Shown: piece by piece, positions 9,109 through 17,923 of the stretch
Position numbering within the stretch: position 1 is the first letter of the stretch
How the letters are laid out: each line of letters opens with the position of its first letter
Assembly (NCBI GenBank): GCA_964406305.1
Contig: CAYORF010000001.1
Location: 12,819 to 76,818, forward strand
Length of the DNA stretch: 64,000 bases
Source of the DNA: an uncultured Anaerolineales bacterium
GTDB taxonomy: Bacteria; Chloroflexota; Anaerolineae; Anaerolineales; UBA11858
Reading direction: 5' to 3'
Notes under the pieces: model-generated
What the model was told of the DNA's origin: nothing
Seen by the model: the letters and a program-made list of their open reading frames with translations, nothing else
Databases searched by the model: none
Position numbers and translations under genes: made by a program

Positions 9109-9159
9109 TCTCTGAGCGGAGGCCCTGAGTACAATCGAAGGGCCGCAGTCGAAGAGCCC
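9109..9159 (+). repeat. short dispersed intergenic repeat (family 1: GAGCGGAGG...AGTCGAAGAGC)
   Basis: It shares the exact 9-mer GAGCGGAGG and the exact 11-mer AGTCGAAGAGC, in the same order, with the reverse complement of 39611-39652. It contains an internal TCGAAG(G/A)GCC duplication. Confidence 0.45.
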
Positions 9160-9167
9160 ACTTTTTT

Positions 9168-9204
9168 GTCATCCTGCCTAGAACGTAGAGAAAGGGAAGG
9201 ATCC
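9168..9204 (+). repeat. short dispersed intergenic repeat (family 2: GTCATCCTG...AAAGGGAnGGAnCC)
   Basis: GTCATCCTG-N14-AAAGGGAAGGATCC compared with the reverse complement of 30011-30048, GTCATCCTG-N15-AAAGGGATGGAACC. Confidence 0.4.
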
Positions 9205-9337
9205 ATAGAGTGATGGGTTTCTCGTATTATAAACTTGGAAAGGCCTATACCTCGCGTGATTATCAGTCCTGGGAGAGCTGTTTTTCTCCCTTGAGAGCGC
9301 GGTTATTTTTTAGTCTCCTGGTGACGCGGTAGCGAGC

Positions 9338-10354
9338 GTGCAAAACCCACATAATGGTAAAATCACTTCCATGGTTGTCAAGATTACCAATCACCCCGGA
9401 GCTCTTCCCATTCGGGATTTTGATGTGCGAACGGACTTACTTTCAGTTTCTGATCTAGTGGAGCTGTGTTTTGCGGATCGTCTCTCTCCTGACGGGGAAG
9501 CCTTGCTGCGAAAAATGCGCTCCTCAGCTCATAACAAACGTTTTCAGGAATGGGCTTATTTAATGGCAGGCCGAGTATCGATGCCTTTCACAGGGTATGT
9601 CTGGGAAGAAGGGGGAGAGATCATTGGTAATCTCAGTTTAATACCCTATCATGTGAGCGGCAGACAATATTATATGATCGCTAATGTGGCGGTCCATCCA
9701 GATTACCAACGCAAAGGTATCGCCCACTCGCTGGTCAGCCAGGCCCTAAATTTCCTGCTTCCCAAAAGACTGGACGGTATTTGGCTTCAAGTGGATCAAG
9801 GCAATCAGGCAGCGGTGGACCTCTATATACGGCATGGTTTTGTTGAAGTTTCCCGCCGTACCACATGGATGTTAAGACCAACCGATATCCCTCAGGCATT
9901 CCTTGATTGGCGCGTGCCTGGATTCACAGTGGAAGAGCACAGATCTAAACATTGGCCCCTGCAGCGCAGATGGCTGGAGAATAACTATCCCCCTGAAGTG
10001 CGCTGGCATTTGCCTCTCCGTCCAGAATATTTGCGAGCAGGATTAGCAGGCCGGTTTTCTCGCCTGATGCTACTGGACCCCAAGATATCTCAGTGGTCTG
10101 TTATGGCTGAAAATGAATTGATCGGTGTGGTTTCCTGGCAATCTTCCAAGACCCAGGCCGACTGGCTTTGGATCGCCTCTTCTCCAGAAACGGAAGGTGT
10201 CCTGTTAGATGCCTTTTTGCCACACTGGATGAATGGGCCTGGCTTCAAACGATCCCTAAGGTTGAATTTCCCGGCCAGGAAAACCAATCTCAGTCTCGAA
10301 ACCCACTGGTTTAAACCAACCAGAACTTTGATCTGGATGACATACGAACACTAA
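9338..10354 (+). CDS. GNAT family N-acetyltransferase (N-terminal GNAT domain plus C-terminal extension)
   Basis: 338-aa ORF with a GTG start; an alternative ATG is at 9371. The acetyl-CoA motif-A block is VAVHPDYQRKGIAHSLVSQAL. Confidence 0.75.
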   Translation: MQNPHNGKITSMVVKITNHPGALPIRDFDVRTDLLSVSDLVELCFADRLSPDGEALLRKMRSSAHNKRFQEWAYLMAGRVSMPFTGYVWEEGGEIIGNLSLIPYHVSGRQYYMIANVAVHPDYQRKGIAHSLVSQALNFLLPKRLDGIWLQVDQGNQAAVDLYIRHGFVEVSRRTTWMLRPTDIPQAFLDWRVPGFTVEEHRSKHWPLQRRWLENNYPPEVRWHLPLRPEYLRAGLAGRFSRLMLLDPKISQWSVMAENELIGVVSWQSSKTQADWLWIASSPETEGVLLDAFLPHWMNGPGFKRSLRLNFPARKTNLSLETHWFKPTRTLIWMTYEH

Positions 10355-10480
10355 AGGTTGAACGTTTGTCAGTTCAATATTTTATCGTATGTAAATACTG
10401 AATCCGGCCTAAATTCACTCCCTTATTACGACTTGTAATTACCTCGTAACTGAATACTCACTTGCACCCCTGGAGGAGAA

Positions 10481-11809
10481 ATGAAACTTGATTGGAAAAA
10501 AACATTCCTGATCGGCTTTGGTTTCCTTGGTATTTCGGCCCTTTGGCAGATCTATAATGCCTTTGTGCCCATCTTTTTACAAACTGGACATCCTGGTTTT
10601 GCCAGCTCCAGGGAGATTCTGGGTTTTGGTTTAAGTGCATCTGCCACCGGTGCCATCATGGGGATAGATAATTTGGCAGCGATCTTTATCCTGCCTATGA
10701 TCGGCATCTGGAGTGACAGGATAAAGACCCCGATTGGCCGCCGCTATCCGTTTATTCTCACAGCCGCACCCCTGGCCGCGCTGGCTTTTATTGCCATGCC
10801 GATAGCCGCTGGCTTGATCAAGCCTGAGCTCAATGGCACTATTGCCGGAAATACCGGAGCCTTTTCGCTCTTTATGGTTGCTACTGCAGTTGTGCTTCTA
10901 GCAATGGCAATATTGCGAACCCCTGTTATCTCACTCATGCCTGACTTGATTCCATCACCCCTGCGCAGTAAAGCCAATGGAGTGATCAACTTTATGGGCG
11001 GAGTTGGTTTTATCATAGGTGCTTTTGGCCTGGCCCTCCTGTTTGATATCAAACCTATTTATCCGTTCATTGGCGGATCCGCAATTTTGATTCTTGCAGT
11101 AGTTATGTTATATACCACCACTAAAGAACCAACTGTGGATGATCTACCCCATCCGGAAGAGCACCTCCAAAGTGAAGAGGAACAGGCAGTTGAAGCCCTG
11201 AAATCCGTTTCTGTGGTTCCTAAAAAATATCGAAAATCTTTATTCTCTTTGCTTGCCGCCATTTTTCTCATGTTTATTGCTTATGAAGGCATAGGGACTT
11301 TCTTTACCTCCTATGCAGTGAACGAGCTCGGAGTCAGCGAAGGTTTTGCACCGACACTCTTCGGGTTGGCGGGAGTGACCTTTATTTTATTCGCAATCCC
11401 GGCAGGATATATTGGTGCGAAATTCGGCCGCCGCAAGACCATCATTGCGGGTATCTTGCTGTTTGGAATCGATATGATGCTGGGATACTTTGTAACCAGC
11501 TCGACCCAAATGGGCATTGTTTTGGCGATCAGTGGGATTGGCTGGGCATTGATAAATGTCAACACTCTGCCGATGGTGATCGATACTTCTGAAGATGAAC
11601 GCTTGCTGGGAACCTACACAGGTCTTTATTATCTGGCATCCCAGGTCGGGGCTGCTATCGCCCCCCTGATGATGGGAACAGTGATTGATCTGTTTGGTAG
11701 TAATTTTAAGACTATCTTCCTTACTGGCCCAGCGTTCTTTGTGCTTGGATTGATTGCCATGACTATGGTAACCCGGGGTGAAGCTCACATTAAAGAACCA
11801 GCGGTCTAA
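10481..11809 (+). CDS. MFS transporter
   Basis: 442 aa with a GGAGGAG SD. It has about 12 hydrophobic segments with a central hydrophilic loop, plus D-R-x-x-x-P-x-G-R-R type loops (WSDRIKTPIGRRYP, GAKFGRRK). Confidence 0.85.
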   Translation: MKLDWKKTFLIGFGFLGISALWQIYNAFVPIFLQTGHPGFASSREILGFGLSASATGAIMGIDNLAAIFILPMIGIWSDRIKTPIGRRYPFILTAAPLAALAFIAMPIAAGLIKPELNGTIAGNTGAFSLFMVATAVVLLAMAILRTPVISLMPDLIPSPLRSKANGVINFMGGVGFIIGAFGLALLFDIKPIYPFIGGSAILILAVVMLYTTTKEPTVDDLPHPEEHLQSEEEQAVEALKSVSVVPKKYRKSLFSLLAAIFLMFIAYEGIGTFFTSYAVNELGVSEGFAPTLFGLAGVTFILFAIPAGYIGAKFGRRKTIIAGILLFGIDMMLGYFVTSSTQMGIVLAISGIGWALINVNTLPMVIDTSEDERLLGTYTGLYYLASQVGAAIAPLMMGTVIDLFGSNFKTIFLTGPAFFVLGLIAMTMVTRGEAHIKEPAV

Positions 11810-11831
11810 CATAGAGATAAACGGTATATAT

Positions 11832-12689
11832 ATGGAAAAGATCATTTTTGATTGCGACAATACAATGGGCGTTCGGACCAAGGAAATTGATGATGGACTG
11901 GCCCTGTTCTACCTGTTGGGTCGTCCTGATGTTAGCCTGGTTGGAGTTACGACTACCTTTGGGAACGGAACTATCGACCAGGTCTACCCTCAAACCCAGA
12001 AAATGGTCACGGATTTAGGCCGACAGGATATCCCAGTAATAAAAGGAGCTGGAAAACGCTTAGAAGAGCCAACTGGGGCTGCCCGTTTCCTGGCAGATAA
12101 GGCTGCAGCTTGTCCAGGTGAAATAACCATCCTGGCGACCGGCCCACTAGGAAATTTACGCGGCGCCACGGAGCTCGACCCAAATTTCTACTCAAATCTG
12201 AAGGCAATTGTCTGTATGGGCGGGTATTTACATCCCATCAAGGTTGGCAGGAGGGATGTAAAAGAACTGAACCTGTCTGCGGATCCCGAAGCCTCCTTCG
12301 ATGTACTGAATGCGCCCTGCCCGGTCACCCTGATGAATGCCCAGATTTGCTTGCAAGCCCCGTTCCGGTGGAGGGACTATTGGAAACTGGATTTTTGGAG
12401 CCGGAAAACTCGCTGGATGGTGCGGGACTGGCTGGTGTTGCATGCTGTATTTTGCGGTATTCCAAATTTTTACTTGTGGGATTTGCTGCCAGCAGTATAC
12501 GTGACTCATCCCGGTCTATTTTATGATTATAAGGTGATGATCCAATCCACTGTAAATGACCTCGAGGATGGCACCCTGCTTCCCGAGGACTCAGTCGGGG
12601 GCCGGGGTGTGAATATGCCGGTCCTTATCAATGACTTGGACAGGTTCATAGAAATCCTTTTTGAGGCCTGGCGGAGGATCTTTGTTTAG
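11832..12689 (+). CDS. nucleoside hydrolase (inosine/uridine-preferring family)
   Basis: The N-terminal aspartate cluster IIFDCDNTMGVRTKEIDDGLAL matches the DxDxxxDD motif. The start was moved to the ATG at 11832, after the MFS stop. The track start at 11778 overlaps the upstream gene. Confidence 0.75.
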   Translation: MEKIIFDCDNTMGVRTKEIDDGLALFYLLGRPDVSLVGVTTTFGNGTIDQVYPQTQKMVTDLGRQDIPVIKGAGKRLEEPTGAARFLADKAAACPGEITILATGPLGNLRGATELDPNFYSNLKAIVCMGGYLHPIKVGRRDVKELNLSADPEASFDVLNAPCPVTLMNAQICLQAPFRWRDYWKLDFWSRKTRWMVRDWLVLHAVFCGIPNFYLWDLLPAVYVTHPGLFYDYKVMIQSTVNDLEDGTLLPEDSVGGRGVNMPVLINDLDRFIEILFEAWRRIFV

Positions 12690-12696
12690 CTAATTG

Positions 12697-12725
12697 TTGA
12701 CTTTATTTTTAAAACGGCGTATACT
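12697..12725 (+). promoter_or_regulatory. sigma-70-type promoter (TTGACT-17-TATACT)
   Basis: TTGACT at 12697-12702, an exact 17-nt spacer, and TATACT at 12720-12725. Confidence 0.55.
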
Positions 12726-12797
12726 GTTTTGGAAGTAAAGGTGGTCCATTATGGGATTGTCAGGCTTAAAAAGAATAACTGAAAGATAGTACTCAAT

Positions 12798-12826
12798 GCA
12801 CGCTTGCTAAGGCAGCGTGCTTTTTT
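12798..12826 (+). terminator. rho-independent terminator (possible attenuator upstream of the SWIM gene)
   Basis: GCACGCT - 9-nt loop - AGCGTGC followed by TTTTTT. It lies about 70 nt after the putative TSS and 25 nt before the SWIM-gene ATG. Confidence 0.75.
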
Positions 12827-12851
12827 ATTTCAAGATTAGTGGAGGGTTATT

Positions 12852-13091
12852 ATGGATTCCGGAATGATCGGAAAGATTCAAAAATCAAAACAATATGCTT
12901 CAGAACCGGAACGGATCAAGATCAATTCCCTTTCGGTGACTTTTCAGGGTCAGAACAACCCCCACCAGGTCACTTTTCAGGACGGCAAGTGGAAATGTGA
13001 TTGTGAATTTTTCCAGACCAGAGAGCGCTGCAGCCATACGATGGCGTTAGAACGTATCCTGGTCCAGGATGCTGACTTAACGTTTGGGTAA
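12852..13091 (+). CDS. SWIM zinc-finger protein (small)
   Basis: 79 aa with a GGAGGG SD. The C-x-C-x(n)-C-x-H pattern is CDCEFFQTRERCSH. Confidence 0.7.
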   Translation: MDSGMIGKIQKSKQYASEPERIKINSLSVTFQGQNNPHQVTFQDGKWKCDCEFFQTRERCSHTMALERILVQDADLTFG

Positions 13092-13210
13092 ACCCTTCTA
13101 TATAACGAATAACTTTTAGAGTAAATCCGCTCCCTGAAAAGGCGCTGCCTTGGAAGGGGGCGCTTTTGTTAAATTATTCTCAACTTGACGCTTACCATTC
13201 AACCGATATA

Positions 13211-14539
13211 ATGACAGCCATGAAATATTACATGTGGACATCAGGATGCCAAATGAATGTGGCGGATTCCCGTCGAGTGGCATCTGCCCTGGAAGGTTTA
13301 GAATATCAACCAACCGATCGCGCAGAAGACGCTGATGTGGTTGTATTAAACACTTGCGTGGTTCGCCAGAGTGCCGAAGACAGTGCTGTGGGCCGGATCA
13401 GCTCGTTGAAAAATTTAAAAAAACACCGCCCTGATGTTGTTATCAATGTGATGGGCTGCCTGGTAGGTATTAAAGGTACCAGGGATTTAGAAGAACAATT
13501 CCCCCATGTGGACGTGTTTTCAGCTCCCTCGGATCCTGGCCCGTTGATGGCATTTCTGACCCAGGACGACAGTAAGGAATGGGAACAGGAAACTACCTCG
13601 CGGCGTTTCGCCTATATGGATGGAGAATTGACTCTGCCCGCAGCAGATCAAAACAAACTGGTTTCGGCATTTGTGTCGATAGTACTGGGTTGCTCCCATG
13701 CCTGCACCTATTGCATCATTCCTTATCGCCGTGGAGTCGAACGCAGCCGTCCGGTTGAAGATGTGGTTAAAGAGGTACGTTCCCTGGCTTCTCAAGGAGT
13801 CAAGGAGATCACTCTGTTGGGCCAGATCGTTGACCGCTATGGGTTGGATCTGCCAGACAAGTCTTCTCTGGCAGCTTTACTGCGGTTGATCCATGATGTG
13901 GACGGCCTGGAACGGATCCGCTTTTTAACCTCACACCCCAACTGGATCAACACCGATTTGATGGATGTGGTTGCTGAACTCCCAAAACTCATGCCCCATA
14001 TTGAGGTCCCCCATCAGGCTGGGCATGATGAGGTGTTAAAAGCTATGAAGCGTGAGTACAGCGTCGATCAATACCGACAACTTGTTCATGATATTCGTGA
14101 TCGTATCCCGGGTGTGAGTATTGCTACGGATGTGATTGTGGGCTTCCCGGGAGAAACTGATGAGTATTTTCAGGGTTCATATGACATCTTGAAAGAGTTG
14201 AAGTTGGACGTTGTGCACCTGGCTCGATATTCAGTCCGACCCGGAACCGTTGCTTCGCGGAAAATGGAAGACGATGTTACGGATGAAGAGAAATGGCGCC
14301 GTTTTAGATTGATCGAGGAGCTTCAGAAAGGTATTTCTGGCGATATCAATAAGGCTTACCAGGATCAAACCGTAGAGGTCCTGTTCGAGGGACTTAATAA
14401 AGGACGCTGGCGGGGCAGGACACCAACAAACAAACTTGTATTCGTGGAAAGCGACCAGAATTTATTAGGAAAACTATTGCCTGTTTCCATTACCTGGACC
14501 GGCCCCTGGTCCATGCAGGGACGGTTGCTAGAGAACTAG
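13211..14539 (+). CDS. miaB: tRNA-i6A37 methylthiotransferase MiaB
   Basis: It has the UPF0004 N-domain (TSGCQMN), the radical-SAM motif CSHACTYCIIP and a C-terminal TRAM domain. The start is uncertain (13166 TTG, 13211 or 13220 ATG). Confidence 0.9.
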   Translation: MTAMKYYMWTSGCQMNVADSRRVASALEGLEYQPTDRAEDADVVVLNTCVVRQSAEDSAVGRISSLKNLKKHRPDVVINVMGCLVGIKGTRDLEEQFPHVDVFSAPSDPGPLMAFLTQDDSKEWEQETTSRRFAYMDGELTLPAADQNKLVSAFVSIVLGCSHACTYCIIPYRRGVERSRPVEDVVKEVRSLASQGVKEITLLGQIVDRYGLDLPDKSSLAALLRLIHDVDGLERIRFLTSHPNWINTDLMDVVAELPKLMPHIEVPHQAGHDEVLKAMKREYSVDQYRQLVHDIRDRIPGVSIATDVIVGFPGETDEYFQGSYDILKELKLDVVHLARYSVRPGTVASRKMEDDVTDEEKWRRFRLIEELQKGISGDINKAYQDQTVEVLFEGLNKGRWRGRTPTNKLVFVESDQNLLGKLLPVSITWTGPWSMQGRLLEN

Positions 14540-14558
14540 AATAGAGAAAAGGCTTGAT

Positions 14559-14987
14559 ATGAAATCACAAAAACAATATCCTGAACCCACTGTTGGCGCT
14601 TTGATCTTTAATGATAAGAATCAGCTTCTGATCGTTAAAACCCATAAATGGAAGGGTAATTACACTATCCCGGGTGGACATGTGGAATTGGGCGAACGGC
14701 TTGAGGAAGCTGTCAAAAGGGAGATCTGGGAAGAAACCGGTTTAAAAATGACCAGGGCGGATTATCTCTGCCACCAGCAATTTATCTACGATGACAGTTT
14801 TTGGGAAAAGAGACATTTTATCTTTTTTGATTTTGTCTGCCGCGTTGAAAAAGGCGAGATCCGGTTAAATGAAGAAGCTGAGGAGTTCGCCTGGGTGGAC
14901 CTTGATGAGGTCGATAACTACCCGGTAGATAAATACTTGAAGTATGCATTGGGCCGAGTTCAGGCTAATCCGCGCATCCTCGAATGA
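14559..14987 (+). CDS. NUDIX hydrolase
   Basis: The Nudix box is GGHVELGERLEEAVKREIWEETGL. Confidence 0.85.
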   Translation: MKSQKQYPEPTVGALIFNDKNQLLIVKTHKWKGNYTIPGGHVELGERLEEAVKREIWEETGLKMTRADYLCHQQFIYDDSFWEKRHFIFFDFVCRVEKGEIRLNEEAEEFAWVDLDEVDNYPVDKYLKYALGRVQANPRILE

Positions 14988-15026
14988 CTTGTGGGGGATG
15001 ATTTGCGGGTACAATAAAAATCACTC

Positions 15027-16220
15027 ATGGGCCAGAAAAATAGAAGACGTGCATTTTCCCTAACATATATTTTAGTATTCATCTTGGGCGCCTGCAACCT
15101 GCCGGACGAGAGTATTGGGTTGGAAGGTAAACCGGGCGCTTTATATACTGAGGCAGCAATGACTGTCTCGGTCCAACTGACTGCAGTTGGAATCGACCTC
15201 TCGAACACTACCCAGTTATCTGAAACACCAGCGCCAGATGGACCTCAAGGGGCGGATCCAATCTCAACCTTTGAGTTTCCAACTTTCACGCCGGAAGGAG
15301 TCGTGGATGCGACCTCCGAGGTCTGCGATCAAGTGAAGTTTGTCAAAGACGTCACCATTCCGGATGAAATGGATATCGCTCCAGGGGAAAGTTTTACAAA
15401 AACCTGGCGCCTTCAAAATGCCGGCTCCTGCCCCTGGGGAATTGGCTACCTGCTTTATTTTGAAACCGGTGATATCATGGGCGGCCCATCATCCCAGGAC
15501 CTGACTTCTGAGACCATCCATCCAGGTGAAGACCTGGATATTTCTGTTGATCTGGTGGCACCTGAGGAAACCGGAAGCTACCAGGGTTTCTGGAAACTTC
15601 GTAATGTAAGAGGTGAGGGTTTTGGTGTGGGGGAATATTCAAAAGGTTTCTGGGTGAAGATCAATGTGGTGGAGGGGGTTGGAATGATGTTAGATTTTAA
15701 CGTCCGGGCTGATGAAGCTGCTTGGGGTAGTGGATCTGTACCGGTCGATTATGCTGATTTAGGTGGAGATATTCTCAATTTTGATCACCCTGGAGATCCA
15801 GAGGATCCCTATGTAGCGCTGTTGGATCAACAGTTCCTGGAAGGTGGGCGGATCTCAGGGATCCTGCTTGCTGCTTACCCACCACAAGGTGCGGGAAAAT
15901 ATATCATTGGCCGTTTCCCCGGTTATAAAGTTAACGGAGGGGATCTGTTATTCGGCCGAGTTGGCCTTTCAACGAATGCCAACGGTGTCTGCGGAGATGG
16001 GGATGTGAAGTACCGAATCAACCTGATGGTAGGAGAAGATCCAGAAACTATGGTCACTCTCTGGGATTGGAATGAGGTCTGTGATAATAAGATGAAATCT
16101 TTTGAGATAGATCTGGATGATTTTAAAGGGGAGGAGGTGAAGATTTTTCTGGTTGTGATAGCAAATACTGACTCTGTAAAAAACTTCGCTGTTTGGGATT
16201 CGCTCTCGATCCATCGCTAG
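15027..16220 (+). CDS. lipoprotein with NBR1-like Ig domain
   Basis: Lipobox LGAC. The block FVKDVTIPDEMDIAPGESFTKTWRLQNAGSCPW...ISVDLVAPEETGSYQGFWKL is typical of the NBR1-like Ig fold found in many secreted bacterial proteins. Confidence 0.6.
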   Translation: MGQKNRRRAFSLTYILVFILGACNLPDESIGLEGKPGALYTEAAMTVSVQLTAVGIDLSNTTQLSETPAPDGPQGADPISTFEFPTFTPEGVVDATSEVCDQVKFVKDVTIPDEMDIAPGESFTKTWRLQNAGSCPWGIGYLLYFETGDIMGGPSSQDLTSETIHPGEDLDISVDLVAPEETGSYQGFWKLRNVRGEGFGVGEYSKGFWVKINVVEGVGMMLDFNVRADEAAWGSGSVPVDYADLGGDILNFDHPGDPEDPYVALLDQQFLEGGRISGILLAAYPPQGAGKYIIGRFPGYKVNGGDLLFGRVGLSTNANGVCGDGDVKYRINLMVGEDPETMVTLWDWNEVCDNKMKSFEIDLDDFKGEEVKIFLVVIANTDSVKNFAVWDSLSIHR

Positions 16221-16290
16221 ATCCGTTCTGTGCTAGCCCTCCGAAATTAAGGTAGAATTAATTTGAACGAATAGAAGAGAATACCTCAGA

Positions 16291-16299
16291 TGGTACAAT
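16291..16299 (+). promoter_or_regulatory. extended -10 promoter element (TGgTACAAT)
   Basis: TGGTACAAT lies 30 nt upstream of the SD-supported ATG at 16330. Confidence 0.4.
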
Positions 16300-16329
16300 G
16301 AGTGCTCAATGCAGGAAGGAAACGATCCT

Positions 16330-17094
16330 ATGAGTAAACAAGAATCAACTAAAGAGATCATAGACTCTTACCGGAAGAAACAAGGCCAATCTTGGCAGAA
16401 TATCGCCATGTTTGTAGGAGCTGCGCTTTTAATTATCTTGGGAGCTGCTCTTATGATTACTTGGCTGACTGGCGCCCAGTTGGATATTGGCGGGATTTTT
16501 GCTTCTAAGACTCCCACCCCCACAATAACATTTACGCCCAGCCCGATTCCACCCACAGCCACGATCACATTAACACCAACAGAATCGCTTCCGACAGATA
16601 CTCCTGTTCCTAGCCCAACAGCAACTCGTTCCGGAGCGGTGATCTATATTGCTGAAGAAAATGACACCTTCGCTTCTATTGCCGAGCGTTTTGACATGGA
16701 TATCTTCACCCTGCTGGTTTATAACGCCGGGGAAGACCGATTAGACTTTGATATGTCCAATCCGATCCTGTTTGTAGGTAATGAGGTGTTAGTGCCAGCA
16801 CCTGGTGCGACCGTGCCGACACCCACTGCTATCCCATCTGACGTACTACCCGGATTCCGGGTGGAATATATGGTACGACCCGGGGATTCAGTTGGATCGA
16901 TCGCCTACCAGCTGAATAGCACTGTGGACGACATCCTGGAATACAACGAGCTGGAGGATTTAAACACCATTTATCCTGGTCAGATCCTGCTGGTACGTGT
17001 CAATTTGGTCACCCCCGAGCCCACAGAAGAGGGCGCTGGCGAAGGTCCAGTAAACACTCCTGGATCGATCTCAACCCTGACACCATCGCCGTAG
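16330..17094 (+). CDS. membrane-anchored protein with two LysM domains and Pro/Thr-rich linkers
   Basis: The SD AGGAAGGA precedes the ATG at 16330; the track start at 16309 sits only 10 nt after the -10. It has one TM segment. The LysM blocks are YIAEENDTFASIAERF... and YMVRPGDSVGSIAYQLNSTVDDILEYN. Confidence 0.75.
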   Translation: MSKQESTKEIIDSYRKKQGQSWQNIAMFVGAALLIILGAALMITWLTGAQLDIGGIFASKTPTPTITFTPSPIPPTATITLTPTESLPTDTPVPSPTATRSGAVIYIAEENDTFASIAERFDMDIFTLLVYNAGEDRLDFDMSNPILFVGNEVLVPAPGATVPTPTAIPSDVLPGFRVEYMVRPGDSVGSIAYQLNSTVDDILEYNELEDLNTIYPGQILLVRVNLVTPEPTEEGAGEGPVNTPGSISTLTPSP

Positions 17095-17114
17095 TGAAAA
17101 ATACTATTAATACA

Positions 17115-17151
17115 AAGCCGAACTTTCATAGGAAGTTCGGCTTTTCGTTTT
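17115..17151 (+). terminator. rho-independent terminator
   Basis: AAGCCGAACTT - 7-nt loop - AAGTTCGGCTT followed by TTCGTTTT. Confidence 0.8.
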
Positions 17152-17408
17152 AATACTGGATGGTGATTCCTGTTATTAGGATATCGGGCAATCAATCGCC
17201 TTACTTAGAGTTCTCCCCCTGTGTTCATTATGATGAGTAGCAAAAAGCCCCAGCGGGGCGCTGTTCTCAGCCCGGTCATTCATGGCCGGGAGGTGGGGAT
17301 TTGATGTATGTTACCTGTGTATGGGAAATGGAGTATCTTCATCCCAGCAATGGAAAACAGGTTGCTCCTATTGTTTCCTCAAAGGAAACCGTATCTTTTT
17401 TAGTTAAG

Positions 17409-17417
17409 TGGTATACT
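17409..17417 (+). promoter_or_regulatory. extended -10 promoter element (TGgTATACT) of the Fur-family/metal ABC operon
   Basis: TGGTATACT lies directly upstream of the Fur-type operator. Confidence 0.5.
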
Positions 17418-17450
17418 CCTTATTGATAATGATAACCATTATCAATAAGG
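17418..17450 (+). promoter_or_regulatory. Fur-family operator (near-consensus Fur box)
   Basis: GATAATGATAACCATTATC (17425-17443) matches the classical 19-bp box GATAATGATAATCATTATC at 18/19 positions. It is embedded in a 14-bp perfect inverted repeat CCTTATTGATAATG-N5-CATTATCAATAAGG, 9 nt before the ATG at 17460. Confidence 0.7.
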
Positions 17451-17459
17451 AAATGGCCC

Positions 17460-17903
17460 ATGTCGGGAAATCTAACAACTGAACTTCTCTCAAACTGGAA
17501 AAACACGCTCCATCAGCATGGTTACAGGGTGACCCAACCACGCTTGCAGGTGATGGATATTGTTGCAGCTAGCCCAATACCACTCACCCCCCAGGATATT
17601 TTCCTTAAATCCCTGGATCTGGATTCTCCCCCGGGAATCGCCAGCGTTTATCGTACTCTGGAAATGCTGGATGTCTTGGGTCTGATCCAGAAAATCCACA
17701 AGCCTGACGGCTGCCATGGGATTTGGCCAGCAGTGGATGGCCATAAGCACCTGCTTCTGTGCAGAAATTGCGGCAAGATGCAGGTTGTTGAAGGTAATGA
17801 AGAGATCACAGAGTACATCAATAGGATAGAGAAAGAAACCGGTTATGAAGTGGATGAACATTGGCTGCAGTTATTTGGCATCTGTAATGAATGCGCGGAG
17901 TAG
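17460..17903 (+). CDS. Fur family transcriptional regulator (Zur/Fur-like)
   Basis: 147 aa with a winged-helix N-domain. It has the two CxxC pairs CRNCGK and CNEC plus an H-rich metal site region. It is followed by a metal ABC transporter. Confidence 0.85.
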   Translation: MSGNLTTELLSNWKNTLHQHGYRVTQPRLQVMDIVAASPIPLTPQDIFLKSLDLDSPPGIASVYRTLEMLDVLGLIQKIHKPDGCHGIWPAVDGHKHLLLCRNCGKMQVVEGNEEITEYINRIEKETGYEVDEHWLQLFGICNECAE

Positions 17904-17923
17904 AAACTGAAGGATATTTGGAT

